Positions 39,455 through 40,843 of a DNA stretch of 40,843 nt are shown piece after piece. Numbering within the stretch: the first letter of the stretch is position 1; the number at the start of each line of letters is the position of its first letter. The stretch lies in assembly GCA_902802365.1 (NCBI GenBank), contig CADCLZ010000001.1, forward strand, positions 77,393-118,235, read 5' to 3'. The notes beneath the pieces were generated by a model. That model had not been told where the DNA came from and searched no databases. It worked only from the letters and a program-made list of their open reading frames with translations. This stretch comes from an uncultured Erysipelotrichaceae bacterium (lineage in GTDB: Bacteria; Bacillota_I; Bacilli_A; RFN20; CAG-826). A program made the position numbers and the translations under genes.

Positions 39455-40843
39455 CCCGCAAGGGAAACGGGGATGCGAATCTCCGACACTGCGGGAAGGA
39501 TCCAAGAGCTTGCTCTTGGATGCTAAAAGGAAAGCTGGACGCCCACGGTTCACTAAGAACCGGAAAGGCCCAACTCCTTCGAAAGAAGGGACCCAACGCC
39601 GCTTGAACGACGTTGGAGCAGGAATCTCCGCCCGCGGTAAACCGCAAAAGAGAGAGGCCTCCGGAAACCGGCGCAAGCCGGGAGGAAGGAAGGTCAAGGG
39701 CCCTGGCATTGAGCCAGGAAGCCACCGCCGAAATGACCCTGGCGGTCCGTGATCGGAAAAGAAAGGGAATTCCGAAAAGCCTTGGAAAAGGAACATTCGG
39801 AAGCAGGGAACAAGCGACTTCACGCTTCAGACCCTCGCGGGAACGGAAACGCCCGCCCAGTGCACTGGAAAAACGTTGCGTGCCGACAAAACCTCTCTCC
39901 CTGAGGCACAATGCGGCAAAGGGTAATACCCGCTAGGAATCCTCCCCAGCCTGGTAAACCAGAAAAACGAAGGAAGACGGGAAGAAACGGCCCCAAAACC
40001 GTGAAACCGCCAAATCGAGGAAGGCAACTTCCTCCAAAGGCATAGCCACCCATCAGGTAGACCTGAGAATCTGGCAGAAAGGAATGACCCCTCCGCAAGG
40101 GAGGCCATCCTGGAGAAGGGCTGCATCGAAAGATGATGTCCGCAACGGAATTCCTACCGTTGCCTAGTAGAACTAGGAATTCAAATCTGGAATGTGGAGC
40201 GATCCACAAAGGAGCTCAAAACTCCAAGCCCCGAAGAAAGGCTCAGGTAAACCGAAAAATCTCTTCTCCCTCCATCTCCTCCCATCGTGAAATCCCTTGG
40301 TGAGATGTCTGGGTAGCCACCTTAACTGGTGCGGCGGGAGCCTCTCCGCCAAGTGAAACTTGAAGATGAGGTTGCGAATCACAATCTGGCTTCGGCCTCG
40401 GGGTGATCCGTGAACGCCTGGAAATTCATAACCAGGTCGGTGCCAATAGAGGCTCGGCGCGCGGTAAACCGCTGGAAAAGCCTCGACCCTAGGCTACGGT
40501 CTAGGCGAGATCGAAGACGCAAGTCCTCGAAGGAAGTCGTTCCACCCTGCAATTCGTGAAGTCGGAACGTGGCAAAGATACTTAGGCGAACGAAGACGTA
40601 CCCTAAGATCGATGTCGAGACCTGCTAGAAGCAATTCAATACAGGCCTAGGAAGATAAGAGATCTTCTCGCCGGTAAACCGGAGAAACAAAAACTTGATC
40701 CTGAATGCGATTCCCTTTCAAGAAGGAACCGAGGTAAGGACCGATTCCCTCGGGAAGTGGCTGGTTGGAATCTCCCACACGGTAAACCGTAAACATGAAA
40801 TCCCCCGTCAACTTCGGAGTCTTGAAGACGTTAACTCGAAAGA
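39453..40843 (+). ncRNA. Putative very large (>=1.35 kb) highly structured noncoding RNA, family unassigned; 3' end may lie beyond the window
   Basis: No credible ORF; near-continuous hairpins with GNRA, UUCG, UACG and CUUG loops on the + strand; long-range helices; A-rich linkers; begins directly at the promoter. Confidence 0.8.
39634..40790 (+). repeat. Seven dispersed GG-TA(A/G)A-CC hairpins
   Basis: GGTAAACC at 39636, 39953, 40246, 40463, 40673, 40781 and GGTAGACC at 40056, with differing but complementary flanks. Confidence 0.85.

Noticed and set aside
39429-40382. Short ORFs in the terminal region (e.g. 39429-39911, 39510-39752, 39613-39936, 39820-40209)
   Set aside because: Mutually overlapping, R/G/K/P- or F/S/L-biased, no SD and no host-like codon usage; by-products of a purine-rich structured sequence
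39525-40790. RNase P RNA (GGUAAACC and AGGAAAG resemble its conserved segments)
   Set aside because: No GAGGAAAGUCC / ACAGAA...GGCUUA P4 pair; the motif is present seven times; the region is several times too long
39467-40808. 5'/3' closing helix ACGGGG (39467) with CCCCGU (40803)
   Set aside because: Only 6-8 bp and it competes with the local GCGA hairpin; too weak to define the 3' end without covariation
39453-40843. 16S/23S rRNA behind an rrn-like promoter
   Set aside because: None of the universal motifs (AGAGTTTGATC, GCCAGCAGCCGCGGTAA, AAACTCAAAGGAATTGACGG, 23S GGATGCCTTGG) were found. A very long rrn leader cannot be excluded without downstream sequence
39453-40843. Group II intron or CRISPR array
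   Set aside because: No GUGYG start, domain V or interrupted host gene; the repeats are only 8-12 nt with irregular 100-300 nt spacing, and there are no cas genes

Overview
Replication-origin region of a Bacillota (Bacilli-type gene order, roughly 50% GC by eye, TGA used as stop; I infer an uncultured Erysipelotrichales/RF39/RFN20-like lineage). Order: tatD-mnmE-jag-yidC-rnpA-rpmH <oriC> dnaA-dnaN-yaaA-recF-gyrB-gyrA-GT4-serS, then an S66 peptidase, SRP RNA, tadA, a MacB-like ABC fusion, TetR, Fe-alcohol dehydrogenase, pmbA/tldD, rpmE, a glycolipid GT4, metG and rlmD. An AT-rich island starts inside the rlmD 3' end (XRE-membrane regulator, beta-propeller lipoprotein, atypical Fic). gyrB, tldD and an MBL-fold gene carry deletions that look like assembly lesions. 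The standout is the last ~1.4 kb (39453 to the window end). It follows a strong TTGACA-16-TAAACT promoter with an A/T tract and has no credible ORF. It is packed with + strand hairpins capped by GNRA/UNCG/CUUG loops, nested long-range helices, and seven covarying GG-UARA-CC hairpins. It looks like a very large ornate noncoding RNA that I cannot assign to rRNA, RNase P, tmRNA or a group II intron.
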